A stretch of DNA of 64,000 nucleotides, taken from Paralcaligenes sp. GTDB lineage: Bacteria > Pseudomonadota > Gammaproteobacteria > Burkholderiales > Burkholderiaceae_B. Position numbers and translations under genes: made by a program. The notes under the pieces were generated by a model that worked only from the letters and a program-made list of their open reading frames with translations, made no database searches and was not told where the DNA came from. The stretch is from positions 17,359-81,358 of the forward strand of contig JBDTLC010000017.1 of assembly GCA_039935015.1 (NCBI GenBank). The letters run 5' to 3'. This document shows positions 1 to 9,036 of this stretch, piece after piece; position 1 is the first letter of the stretch, and each line of letters opens with the position of its first letter.

Positions 1-2
1 CC

Positions 3-746
3 GCGCGAATGGGGCCGCGCGCAGAGATCGTTGAATTCGGCGCCGGCTCGTTGCGAAAGGTCCGCCTACTGCTTGACGTCATGGACAAGCCCTTGCGCTA
101 TGTACCCATTGACATTTCCGACGCGCACTTGTCCGCCAGCGCCATCCAATTGCAGCACGACTACCCGAGTTTAAGCGTGTTGCCAATTACGGCCGACTAC
201 ACTGCCGCCTTTTGCTTGCCTGCAAGGGAACCGGACTGCGGCCGCCGTATTGGCTTCTTTCCCGGCTCTACGATAGGCAATTTGCACCCGGCCGATGCAT
301 TAAAATTTCTGCGGCAGGCGGCACAATCATTGAGAGGTGGTGCCCTGCTTTTAGGCGTAGATCTCATCAAGAATCCCGTGGTTTTGCATGCGGCTTATAA
401 CGACTCGCAAGGTGTTACCGCTGCATTCAATCTAAATTTGCTGACGCGAGCAAATCGTGAATTAGGCGCGAATTTTGATGTGTCGCAGTTTAGTCACAGC
501 GCGTTTTACAACGCGCCGCTACAGCGTATGGAAATGCACTTGATGAGTCGCACAACGCAACAAATTCGAGTGTGCGGCAAACCATTTGAATTTGCAGAAG
601 GCGAAACCTTGCACACCGAAAATTCGTACAAATTCACCGTGGAAGGCTTCCGGGCGTTAGCCGTTCAAGCTGGTTTTCAGCCCGGACAGGTGTGGGTCGA
701 TCCGCAAAAGCTGTTTAGCCTGCATTGGTTGCCGGCGCCCGTCTAA
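3..746 (+). CDS. egtD: L-histidine N-alpha-methyltransferase (EgtD), 5'-truncated by window edge
   Basis: VEFGAGS SAM-binding motif, YVPIDIS, FFPGSTIGN, AAYNDSQGVTAAFNLN and ETLHTENSYKF motifs; frame is open to the window start. Confidence 0.9.
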   Translation, partial: ARMGPRAEIVEFGAGSLRKVRLLLDVMDKPLRYVPIDISDAHLSASAIQLQHDYPSLSVLPITADYTAAFCLPAREPDCGRRIGFFPGSTIGNLHPADALKFLRQAAQSLRGGALLLGVDLIKNPVVLHAAYNDSQGVTAAFNLNLLTRANRELGANFDVSQFSHSAFYNAPLQRMEMHLMSRTTQQIRVCGKPFEFAEGETLHTENSYKFTVEGFRALAVQAGFQPGQVWVDPQKLFSLHWLPAPV

Positions 747-895
747 CATTGCACTATCTACATTGACGACTATTTCTCCGAGGCTCTTATGACCCAGGCT
801 GGACCGCTGGCAATCCCAAATCCGTCCACTTCTGCAAAGGCCCAGAGAGGCCTGGATCTGTCTCAACCTTTCGCACCCACAGGTCGGGCTTTCTA

Positions 896-2053
896 ATGAA
901 ACGCCTGGTTTTGGCTGGCGGCGGACACGCACACTTATCGGTACTTAAGGCGCTGGCTCAGGCGCAACCAACGGATGTCGAGGTGGTGCTCATCACACCC
1001 TCTTTATTCCAGAACTATTCGGGGATGTTGCCGGGCTGGATGTCGGGTCATTATGCACAAACTCAATGCCAGATCGATCTGCAAGCCTTGGCTCAATCGG
1101 CGCGTGCCCGCCTGATGCTAGGGCTAATCGTAGGCATAGATGCAGGCCAATGCTGCGTCAGACTATCAGACGGGCAACATATCGATTATGACATTCTGTC
1201 AATGGATATAGGTAGCGAGATCGATGCGTCGTGGCTAGAGACGGCGGGCGAACGGCTATTGCCCGTTAGGCCATTGGATGAATTTTTTAAGGCATGGCCT
1301 GGAGTTTTAGCCGCCGCAAAAAATAAATCCAACTATCGTCTGGTTATTGTAGGAGGCGGTGCCGCCGGAGTAGAACTGGCTTTTGCAGCACAATATGCGT
1401 TGGTGCAATCGCAGGCCAACGGTCGCGTCGATCTTGTGGCCTCCGAGCGTGGCCCCCTGGTTGGACACGCTGCAAGCGTGCAACGCCGTGTTGCACGGAC
1501 TATGTCCAGAGCCAAGATTGTGGTTCATCGTTTGCGAGGAGCAGGTGCAAAAAAAGGGGTATTGTTGTCCGACGGCACTCTGCTGCCTGCGGATTGCATC
1601 ATCGCTGCCACCGGCGCACGTGCACCCTGCTGGCTGGCGCTTTCCGGATTAACGCTGGACGAAAGCGAGTATATCGCCGTCGACGAGCATTACAGGAGCA
1701 CTTCGCATCCAGATGTATTCGCGGTCGGCGATATTTGCGCCCGCCAGGATATGGTCGTGGGCCGTTCCGGTGTGCATGCGGTTCACGCCGGTCCAGTACT
1801 AGCCAAAAACCTGCTGGCCGCTCTACATGGCGGAGCTATGCAAATTTATAAGCCTCGTCGTCGCTCATTATATTTGTTGGCTTGCGGTCGCCGCTATGCC
1901 ATTGCCTCATGGGGAAACTGGAGTGCAGAGGGTAAATGGGTGTGGCATATGAAAGACTGGATTGATCGGCGCTTCATCCAGAAATTTTCAGACCCGAAAC
2001 AGCGGCACATCGACTTATCGGAAAAAGAATCAAATGGTGAAAAACGCCTATGA
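896..2053 (+). CDS. Pyridine nucleotide-disulfide oxidoreductase, stand-alone 'N-terminal to SelD' type (TIGR03169-like)
   Basis: LVLAGGGHAH...YSGMLPG start, second GGGAAGVE dinucleotide motif, C-terminal KDWIDRRFI; no SelD domain attached. Confidence 0.8.
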   Translation: MKRLVLAGGGHAHLSVLKALAQAQPTDVEVVLITPSLFQNYSGMLPGWMSGHYAQTQCQIDLQALAQSARARLMLGLIVGIDAGQCCVRLSDGQHIDYDILSMDIGSEIDASWLETAGERLLPVRPLDEFFKAWPGVLAAAKNKSNYRLVIVGGGAAGVELAFAAQYALVQSQANGRVDLVASERGPLVGHAASVQRRVARTMSRAKIVVHRLRGAGAKKGVLLSDGTLLPADCIIAATGARAPCWLALSGLTLDESEYIAVDEHYRSTSHPDVFAVGDICARQDMVVGRSGVHAVHAGPVLAKNLLAALHGGAMQIYKPRRRSLYLLACGRRYAIASWGNWSAEGKWVWHMKDWIDRRFIQKFSDPKQRHIDLSEKESNGEKRL

Positions 2054-2309
2054 ACAAAACAGTGGCACCGTAAAAAAGCCACCCTTTCACTCTCCGAATC
2101 ACAAGAGCATTCGCTTTTCTTCAAAGAACGCATCTCGCTGAAAACACATGTAACGATGTGTTCGGGATGCCGGAATTTAGGTCGATAGTTGCATACGCTC
2201 CGGCGAATGGCGCGAGCTTACGCCAAGGATGAGAAATAGGGCATACCAAGTGTCTGTTGATCATTGCGAAAAAGGGCTTAAACTCGAGCCACGAAATATG
2301 GGAACCTCC

Positions 2310-2347
2310 GCTGTTAACAGCAGTCGTATAATTGCCTTTTAAAGGAG
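2310..2347 (+). promoter_or_regulatory. Putative sigma70 -10 (TATAAT 2327-2332) with upstream 12-bp palindrome GCTGTTAACAGC (2310-2321) and RBS AAGGAG
   Basis: Motifs read directly, immediately upstream of ATG 2355. Confidence 0.5.
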
Positions 2348-2354
2348 TCACCAA

Positions 2355-2798
2355 ATGGCAGCTTCAACGCATGGATTGTCACGGTATCTGCTCGGTTTTG
2401 CAGCAGGTTTCGTCGCAGTGCTCGTTTTCCACCAGGGCATGCTGACTTTGCTCCATGGCGTTCACTTCATTTCGGCCTCGCCTTTTCCGATTGCTGCTAC
2501 ACCGCCGTTCGGCGTGCCAAAAATCTGGTCGCTGGCTTTTTGGGGCGGTATTTGGGGCTTGGTATTTGTCCTGTTTGAATGCAAATTTCCTCGTAACCTA
2601 CTCGCTTACCTGATAACCGCGATCGTGTTTGGCGCTATCGGCCCAAGCTTGGTCGCATGGTTTGTGGTCCCGGCACTCAAGGGCCTGCCGATGGGTGGTG
2701 GCTTTCACTCCGCCGGCGTGATAACCGCCCTTTCCGTCAATGGCGCCTGGGGTTTGGGCACGGCCATCTTCCTCCTTGCAACGGCAGGGCATCGCTAA
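2355..2798 (+). CDS. Hypothetical membrane protein (about 4 TM helices)
   Basis: Strong RBS, hydrophobic segments, FHQG...PFGVP..WSLAFWGGIWG pattern. Confidence 0.75.
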   Translation: MAASTHGLSRYLLGFAAGFVAVLVFHQGMLTLLHGVHFISASPFPIAATPPFGVPKIWSLAFWGGIWGLVFVLFECKFPRNLLAYLITAIVFGAIGPSLVAWFVVPALKGLPMGGGFHSAGVITALSVNGAWGLGTAIFLLATAGHR

Positions 2799-2801
2799 AG
2801 A

Positions 2802-2983
2802 TTAATTCGACTTGCCCAATTTCTGTCGCTGCCAACGCGCCAGAACGAACCAGACTAATAGCGCGACAAGCTCCACAACGGGCCATACACCATACCATTG
2901 GCCAGCGCGACGACCTCCTCCGCAGGAAGGGGTAGAAACGAATGCACTGTCATGAGCGCAATGGATCCCAATACGCCCCATAC
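2802..2983 (-). pseudogene. TVP38/TMEM64 (DedA/SNARE-associated) gene remnant
   Basis: Minus strand reads VWGVLGSIALMTVHSFLPLPAEEVVALANGMVYGPLWS, then shifts frame into ALLVWFVLARWQRQKLGKSN*; 5' end missing and middle apparently deleted. Confidence 0.6.
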
Positions 2984-2985
2984 GT

Positions 2986-3181
2986 TCAAAGGGGCGCTCC
3001 CACAGCTATCTACAGTCGCTGCACAACGCGTACAAGGCCGACAACTTAGAAATCGTTATATGCCGCAGCCTAATCAGTGTAGATTGGGAGGGCTATCTAC
3101 ATGACTGCAATTTCAACCAGATGCTGGGGCTGCACAGCCGGTCAGGGCAGCAGTTGCGGTGGCGCGCTCGATGGATCATAA
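2986..3181 (+). pseudogene. arsS: C-terminal remnant of arsenosugar radical SAM protein ArsS (radical SAM/Cys-rich domain)
   Basis: Frame 1 reads SKGRSHSYLQSLHNAYKADNLEIVICRSLISVDWEGYLHDCNFNQMLGL, frame 2 continues GCTAGQGSSCGGALDGS*; both match the ArsS C-terminal signatures (CRxLISVDWxG..YDCDFNQML and CTAGQGSSCGGAL). Stop is 3 nt before the next gene. Confidence 0.8.
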
Positions 3182-3184
3182 AAC

Positions 3185-5344
3185 ATGAAAAAAGCTGTCA
3201 TTATCATCGCCGTAGGATTAATTGCGGTGGCGTTCTTCTCTTTAGGGTTGAACCACTTTCTCACTCTGGATGGCATTAAGGAAAGTGTCGGCCAAGTCCA
3301 GGCATGGCAGGCGGCGAAACCCATCTTGACCGCCATAGCGTTCTTCGTATTCTATATAACGGTCACTGCACTTTCCCTGCCAGGTGCGGCCGTCCTGACA
3401 TTGGCCGCAGGCGCTTTATTCGGACTATTCTGGGGCACTGTACTGGTTTCATTTGCCTCCAGCTTGGGTGCCACTCTGGCTTTTCTGGTGGCGCGCTACT
3501 TGCTGCGCGATGCAATTCAGACTCGCTTTGCGGAGCGCCTGAAGGTCATCAATGAGGGCGTGGCCAGACAAGGCAAGTTTTACCTGTTCACACTGCGACT
3601 GGTACCCCTGTTCCCGTTTTTTATCATTAACCTGTTAATGGGACTTACCGCCATTCGTACCAGAAGCTTTTACTGGGTTAGCCAGATCGGAATGTTGGCG
3701 GGTACGGTAGTTTATGTGAATGCCGGCGGGCAATTGGTGAAAATAACGAGTCTTTCCGGAATCGTCTCGCCAGGCCTGTTGGTATCCTTTGCCTTAGTAG
3801 GCGTATTCCCGTGGATCGCTAAATGGCTCGTGGGCATTCTTAAGCGGCGCCGCGTTTACGCCAAATGGCAACGACCTCGACAGTTTGATCGTAATCTGGT
3901 GGTGATCGGTGCCGGCGCGGCGGGCTTAGTTACCGCTTATATCGGTGCCGCGGTTAAAGCAAAGGTGACGCTGATAGAGGCGAACAAGATGGGGGGTGAT
4001 TGCCTTAATTACGGATGCGTGCCAAGTAAAGCTCTGATCAAAAGCGCCACACTGGCCCATCAAATCCGGCAAGGAGCGCATTACGGATTGGAGGCGATTT
4101 CACCCGCATTCAGCTTTCGCAAAGTGATGGCGAGGGTACATGAAATCATTCGCACTATCGAGCCACACGACAGTGTCGAACGCTACACCGAACTCGGCGT
4201 AGAGGTACTGCAAGGTTACGCCCGTATCGTTGACCCATGGACGGTCGAGGTTGCTCTCAACGACGGCGGCACAAGGCGTCTGACCACACGCAGCATCGTG
4301 ATCGCTGCCGGTGCCCGGCCGTTTATACCTCCTCTGCCCGGTCTGGACGACGTAGGGTACGTAACCAGCGACACTCTCTGGAACGAATTCGCCAGGCTGG
4401 ATGAGCCTCCTGCGCAGTTGGTGGTGCTGGGTGGTGGGCCAATCGGCTGCGAGCTGGCGCAAAGCTTTGCCCGCCTCGGCTCCAAGGTCACCCAAATTGA
4501 GATGGCTCCCCGCATCATGATCCGCGAAGACGAAGAGGTTTCCGACTTAGCGCGCGCTTCACTCGAACAAGATGGCGTCATTGTTCTTACAAACCATAAG
4601 GCCTTACGCTGCGAACTCAATGCGGGGCGCAAGTGTATTGTTGTGGAACACAAGGGCGGGCAGCAGACTATTGAATTCGATGCGCTGATATGCGCCGTCG
4701 GGCGAGTGGCCAGGCTAACCGACTATGGATTAGAAGCCTTGGATATTCAGACCCAGCGCACTGTCGTCGCCAACGAATATCTGGAAACACTTTACCCAAA
4801 CATCTTCGCTGCCGGCGATGTAACCGGCCCCTACCAGTTCACTCACGTTGCCGCGCATCAGGCCTGGTATGCAGCCGTCAACGCACTTTTCGGGAGTTTC
4901 AAAAAATTCAAAGTGGACTACTCGGTCATACCCTGGGCCACATTCATCGACCCAGAAGTCGCCCGGGTCGGCATCAACGAGCAAGAGGCTCGCACAAAAG
5001 GCATCGCTCACGAAGTCACACGATACAGTATTAACGAGCTCGATCGGGCCATTACCGATGGTGTGGCGCGCGGCTTTGTGAAGGTGTTGACAGTGCCAGG
5101 CAAGGATCGCATTCTCGGCGTAACTATCGTGGGGGAACACGCGGGCGACCTTCTGGCCGAATTCGTGCTGGCCATGAAAAACGGGCTAGGTCTGAACAAA
5201 ATATTGGGCACCATACACATCTACCCGACTCTGGCCGAGGCCAACAAATACGTTGCTGGGGAATGGAAGCGCGCGCATACATCGGCCAGAACCTTGGCAT
5301 GGCTCGGGCGATTCCACACATGGAAGCGGGGTGGCACCTCATGA
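3185..5344 (+). CDS. TVP38/TMEM64 membrane domain fused to a class I pyridine nucleotide-disulfide oxidoreductase (MerA/LPD-like)
   Basis: N-terminal hydrophobic SNARE_assoc region (LSLPGA..., LRLVPLFPFF), GAGAAG, redox motif GGDCLNYGCVPSK, GGGPIG, YPTLAEA. Confidence 0.9.
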   Translation: MKKAVIIIAVGLIAVAFFSLGLNHFLTLDGIKESVGQVQAWQAAKPILTAIAFFVFYITVTALSLPGAAVLTLAAGALFGLFWGTVLVSFASSLGATLAFLVARYLLRDAIQTRFAERLKVINEGVARQGKFYLFTLRLVPLFPFFIINLLMGLTAIRTRSFYWVSQIGMLAGTVVYVNAGGQLVKITSLSGIVSPGLLVSFALVGVFPWIAKWLVGILKRRRVYAKWQRPRQFDRNLVVIGAGAAGLVTAYIGAAVKAKVTLIEANKMGGDCLNYGCVPSKALIKSATLAHQIRQGAHYGLEAISPAFSFRKVMARVHEIIRTIEPHDSVERYTELGVEVLQGYARIVDPWTVEVALNDGGTRRLTTRSIVIAAGARPFIPPLPGLDDVGYVTSDTLWNEFARLDEPPAQLVVLGGGPIGCELAQSFARLGSKVTQIEMAPRIMIREDEEVSDLARASLEQDGVIVLTNHKALRCELNAGRKCIVVEHKGGQQTIEFDALICAVGRVARLTDYGLEALDIQTQRTVVANEYLETLYPNIFAAGDVTGPYQFTHVAAHQAWYAAVNALFGSFKKFKVDYSVIPWATFIDPEVARVGINEQEARTKGIAHEVTRYSINELDRAITDGVARGFVKVLTVPGKDRILGVTIVGEHAGDLLAEFVLAMKNGLGLNKILGTIHIYPTLAEANKYVAGEWKRAHTSARTLAWLGRFHTWKRGGTS

Positions 5345-6015
5345 AATTGTCTATTATCGTGCCAATACTGAACGAAGCCCATGAATTACCTGGGCTACTT
5401 GAACAATTATTATCTCTGGTGCGCCAAGGAACTGAAGTCATCATTGCAGACGGTGGCAGTCACGATGGCTGCGCCGACATTGCCGAAGGTGCTGGCTTCG
5501 CGGTGGTCCGGGCGGTGCGTGGCCGAGCACGACAAATGAATGCCGCAGCAGCGTTGGCAACGGGAGACATCTTGTTATTCTTGCACGCCGACACACGATT
5601 GCCGCGAGAGGCAACGACATGGATTACGCAGGCTCTAACAGGCAACAAACATGCGTGGGGCCGATTTGACGTCTATATTAACGGACGCCCGGCAATGCTG
5701 CGAGTTATAAGCCGTATGATGAACTTGCGCTCACGCCTGACCGGCATAGCTACCGGAGACCAGGCCATCTTTGTCACTCGGCGCGCCTTCGATGCAGTAG
5801 GAGGTTTTCCAGATCAAGCGCTTATGGAAGATATCGAGTTCTCAAAACGGCTACTAAGCCTCTCCAGGCCAGCTTGCCTCGTCAGGTGCGTGACCACCTC
5901 CGGGCGTCGCTGGGAAACCGAAGGTGTCTGGCACACTATATTCTTGATGTGGCGATTGCGCTGGAACTACTGGCGCGGTGTCCCCGCGCAGCAACTGGCC
6001 AAAGACTATCGATGA
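5341..6015 (+). CDS. TIGR04283-family GT2 glycosyltransferase (rSAM/selenodomain- and arsenosugar-associated)
   Basis: LSIIVPILNE, DGGS.D, GRARQMN, FLHAD, ATGDQAIF, LMED, TSGRRW; ATGA overlap with the upstream stop. Confidence 0.88.
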   Translation: MKLSIIVPILNEAHELPGLLEQLLSLVRQGTEVIIADGGSHDGCADIAEGAGFAVVRAVRGRARQMNAAAALATGDILLFLHADTRLPREATTWITQALTGNKHAWGRFDVYINGRPAMLRVISRMMNLRSRLTGIATGDQAIFVTRRAFDAVGGFPDQALMEDIEFSKRLLSLSRPACLVRCVTTSGRRWETEGVWHTIFLMWRLRWNYWRGVPAQQLAKDYR

Positions 6016-6692
6016 ATATCGTTCGCATTGTTATATTTGCCAAGGCTCCTGTGGCCGGACTCGTCAAAACACGACTGATACCCGCCCTTGGGGCACAAGC
6101 TGCGGCTGACCTTGCACGACTCATGCTCTTGCGCACCCTTGAGAAAGCGTTAGCGGTCAACGCCGGGCCCGTGGAGCTATGCGTAAGCCCATCTCAAAAA
6201 GAAGCGGTGTGGCAATCTATTCCCGTGCCGGCAACCGTTGCTTGGTCGAGTCAGGGTGAGGGAGTCTTGGGGGTGAGGATGGCCCGGGCAACCAGGCGCA
6301 TTACCGACGCCGGCGAATCGATACTACTTATTGGCACAGACTGCCCCGAGCTGAGTACAACGCATCTGCGTTGCGCTGTCACGTCGCTACAACAACATGA
6401 TGCGGTGCTGGCTCCGACCTTCGACGGCGGTTATGCGCTGCTAGGGCTAAACCAATTTGACGCATCTGTCTTCGAAGATATTGCATGGGGCACCGATACA
6501 GTTTTATCGGAAACACAATTACGGCTGGCGCAATTGAAATGGCTAACTCATTATTTGCCAACCATGCATGACATTGATGAGCCTGAAGACTTGCACTGGC
6601 TACCTGAGCTTGACGCATCGTCATTCTTGCCGCAGAAAATGCAGGATACGCACAATGACCCGCGTGGTCGGCTTAACCTCGATCCTCTTTAA
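6012..6692 (+). CDS. TIGR04282-family (DUF2064) glycosyltransferase-like protein
   Basis: IFAKAP..G.VKTRL, QGEG.LG.RM, IGTDCP, P..DGGY.LLG, DIDEPEDL; ATGA coupling. Confidence 0.88.
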   Translation: MNIVRIVIFAKAPVAGLVKTRLIPALGAQAAADLARLMLLRTLEKALAVNAGPVELCVSPSQKEAVWQSIPVPATVAWSSQGEGVLGVRMARATRRITDAGESILLIGTDCPELSTTHLRCAVTSLQQHDAVLAPTFDGGYALLGLNQFDASVFEDIAWGTDTVLSETQLRLAQLKWLTHYLPTMHDIDEPEDLHWLPELDASSFLPQKMQDTHNDPRGRLNLDPL

Positions 6693-7473
6693 TTTGCCTG
6701 GCCGGTTGGGCCAGCAGGCTCCACAGACGTTGAGCACCAGCATCGCGAAAGACATCCAGTCCCAACGGAATGATCTCTTGCGCCTGCTGGGGTTGGGCCA
6801 AATAGCTGCCCAGCATACGATCCCACCACGAAACATGAAAACCAAAATTGGAATCGTGCTCTGCGCGCAGTACTGAGTGATGAATACGGTGCATATCCGG
6901 CGTCACGAATACCCATCGGAGCCAAGTATCCAGCCGGGTCGGCAAGCGCAGATTGACGTGAGTTATCAATGAAAAGCTGCTTAACACGATTTCAAACACC
7001 AATACAACCGTTGGGCTAGCCCCGAGCAACAGGACAGTCACAATCTTGACCAGCATCGACAGCAAGATTTCCAGTGGATGAAAGCGGACGCCGGAGCTCA
7101 CATCAAGAGCCACGTCGGTGTGATGTACTCGATGCAAGCGCCATAGAATATCCATGCGATGCATTAGGCGATGCTGCGCGTAAATCACCAGATCCAGTGC
7201 AACGAATGCGATGGCCGCGGCAGGCCAAGGCGGAAGCTGCAACCAGTGCAGCACCCCCACGCCGTTTGCCTGAGCCCATAACGCGGCATCTATCGCCAGC
7301 CATGGCAGGAAAAGCCGCAGGCACAGGGTATTGATCATGCTCAGACCTATATTCACCGGCCATCGTTGCCGCCGTCGCGGTGACGCGGAGTGTCGCGGCC
7401 AGAACCATTCGGCCACTGCCAGCAACGCTAGGAGCGAAAGGAACAAAGACAGGCGAAGCATGGCGTCATTCAT
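6673..7473 (-). CDS. Sterol desaturase / fatty acid hydroxylase family protein
   Basis: His boxes HRLMH, HRVHH, RFHP, HRIHH, NFG..WDR; GGAG RBS before ATG 7473. Confidence 0.88.
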   Translation of the reverse strand: MNDAMLRLSLFLSLLALLAVAEWFWPRHSASPRRRQRWPVNIGLSMINTLCLRLFLPWLAIDAALWAQANGVGVLHWLQLPPWPAAAIAFVALDLVIYAQHRLMHRMDILWRLHRVHHTDVALDVSSGVRFHPLEILLSMLVKIVTVLLLGASPTVVLVFEIVLSSFSLITHVNLRLPTRLDTWLRWVFVTPDMHRIHHSVLRAEHDSNFGFHVSWWDRMLGSYLAQPQQAQEIIPLGLDVFRDAGAQRLWSLLAQPARQIKEDRG

Positions 7474-7594
7474 GAAATGAAGCGAAATCTCCAAAAAGGT
7501 CGAGACGCAGCGACTGAACGACTGTCATACAAGCGATTTTCCGCGTAGCTGTGCCGTAACAAATAGCCCTTCGGATTGGGCGATAAGTCTGATT

Positions 7595-8125
7595 TTAGCG
7601 CTGAGCGTTCAGTCGAATTTTCTCTGACTCCGCGACGCGCACAATGTCTCGTAGAAACACTGTTAGATCGGTTACGGGCGGTGTGTGCGGAACTTGGTAC
7701 ATTAAATCAACGACAATACCGCGATGATACGTGGCATGATTCACAATATGCAAAATCATTTCTTCGCGTGACATGATACCCGCGCCACCATCTACGAATT
7801 GAAAGCTAACGCGCTCCTCGAGCTGCGTAGTGGACAAGGACGCCGCATAATCAACGAACCATTGGTCGATGAGATTTTTCGACTCACAAAGTTCAGACAA
7901 TGGAGGATCTGTGGGGGTATTGCGCGCCGTGAAGTGATGCGGCCGGCCTTCGAGATGCGCCTTAAACATACAATCAATCACATAAATGTGATTGATTGTA
8001 TGGATTATATTTTTGAAACGCGTCGGACGATTTTTTGTGGCCTCTCCTTCTGGCATGCGTTTTATCGAGGAAAACATGAGCGTATCGGCCCAAGCATTGT
8101 AGTGGGTCAGCAAGTGCGTAGACAT
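7595..8125 (-). CDS. DinB family protein
   Basis: YNAWAD, H..NH.Y..D, HIVNHATYHRG metal-binding motif; start chosen at ATG 8125 with AGGA RBS. Confidence 0.85.
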   Translation of the reverse strand: MSTHLLTHYNAWADTLMFSSIKRMPEGEATKNRPTRFKNIIHTINHIYVIDCMFKAHLEGRPHHFTARNTPTDPPLSELCESKNLIDQWFVDYAASLSTTQLEERVSFQFVDGGAGIMSREEMILHIVNHATYHRGIVVDLMYQVPHTPPVTDLTVFLRDIVRVAESEKIRLNAQR

Positions 8126-8165
8126 ACTGCATCCTATTAGTTGAATAATGCTTCGACTCCAACCT

Positions 8166-8990
8166 CTAATCCGATTCGATAAAATCCTTGATTGCCGACA
8201 GAAAGAGTGCGGGTGCTTGAAGTTGTGGAACATGTGCACAACCAGGCAACACATGTAGGCGCGCGTTTGGCAGGCCCGCCACCAGTTCCTGTGCCATAGG
8301 AGGCGGCGTTGCTTCATCGCCCTCTCCCACTAGAACCAGAACCGGCAGATCTAGCTCGGCAAGCTCTGAACGCAGGTCTAACAACGCCAACGCTTCGCAG
8401 GCTTGGTAAAACGTTTGCGGATCGACGGCTAAAAAACGTTTTTTTCGCTCTGCAATAATTTGCGGATGCTTGGCCTGATATTCGGGTGAAAAAAGACGTC
8501 GCATCGCGACATCAGCAACAGTCCCCAGCCCGTTTCTTTGTGCGGCCACAGACATTTGTCTGAACGCTGCCCGGCCCGGCTCGGAAAAAGTCGCGCCGCA
8601 ACCAGTCAGTGCCAACCGGCTGGCTATGCCGGGATGACGCACTGCCAGAGTGATGGCAATGAACGCACCATAACCGTTACCCAGAAAAATTGGCGGCGCA
8701 CCCAGCCCGAACCCCTTAATTGCGGCGGCGATCCGATCGGCGACCGCAGCAAGGTCCGGACCAACCTTGCTGGAAGAACCGAACCCGGGCAGATTCAGGA
8801 GAACGACTTTATGCGTTTGCGAAAGCGGCTGCGCAATCAAATCGAAACTTGAGCGATCCGCCAAAAGAGAATGAAACAGCACAATTGCCGGCCCATCGCC
8901 AAGCGTTAACGCGGTAACCTCGCCGTTGCCCACGGTCATACTGATGGCTTGATACTTTGGCTTTTCTTCTCGGTTCAACGATGATTCCAT
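8166..8990 (-). CDS. Alpha/beta hydrolase (enol-lactonase-like fold)
   Basis: FHSLLAD, NLPGFGSS, GNGYG nucleophile elbow (no Ser), GEGDEATPP, CAHVPQ. Confidence 0.82.
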   Translation of the reverse strand: MESSLNREEKPKYQAISMTVGNGEVTALTLGDGPAIVLFHSLLADRSSFDLIAQPLSQTHKVVLLNLPGFGSSSKVGPDLAAVADRIAAAIKGFGLGAPPIFLGNGYGAFIAITLAVRHPGIASRLALTGCGATFSEPGRAAFRQMSVAAQRNGLGTVADVAMRRLFSPEYQAKHPQIIAERKKRFLAVDPQTFYQACEALALLDLRSELAELDLPVLVLVGEGDEATPPPMAQELVAGLPNARLHVLPGCAHVPQLQAPALFLSAIKDFIESD

Positions 8991-9036
8991 TGCAAGCCCT
9001 CCTTTTAAGTGCCTATTGTTATCTGCGCCGAAGGGC

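Noticed and set aside
746-3185. Selenoprotein or SECIS element
   Set aside because: The ArsS tail position that can be Sec is TGC (Cys) here; I found no in-frame TGA extending a recognisable protein and no SelD domain
3185-5344. Mercuric reductase MerA
   Set aside because: No N-terminal HMA domain, no C-terminal Cys-Cys pair and no mer genes; it carries a TVP38 membrane domain instead
5263-6011. Long N-terminal extensions in the ORF track (5263, 5874; likewise 8317, 38264, 38626, 50176, 57916)
   Set aside because: They overlap neighbouring genes or extend far into intergenic DNA; downstream starts with ATGA/GTGA coupling or an RBS fit family N-termini better
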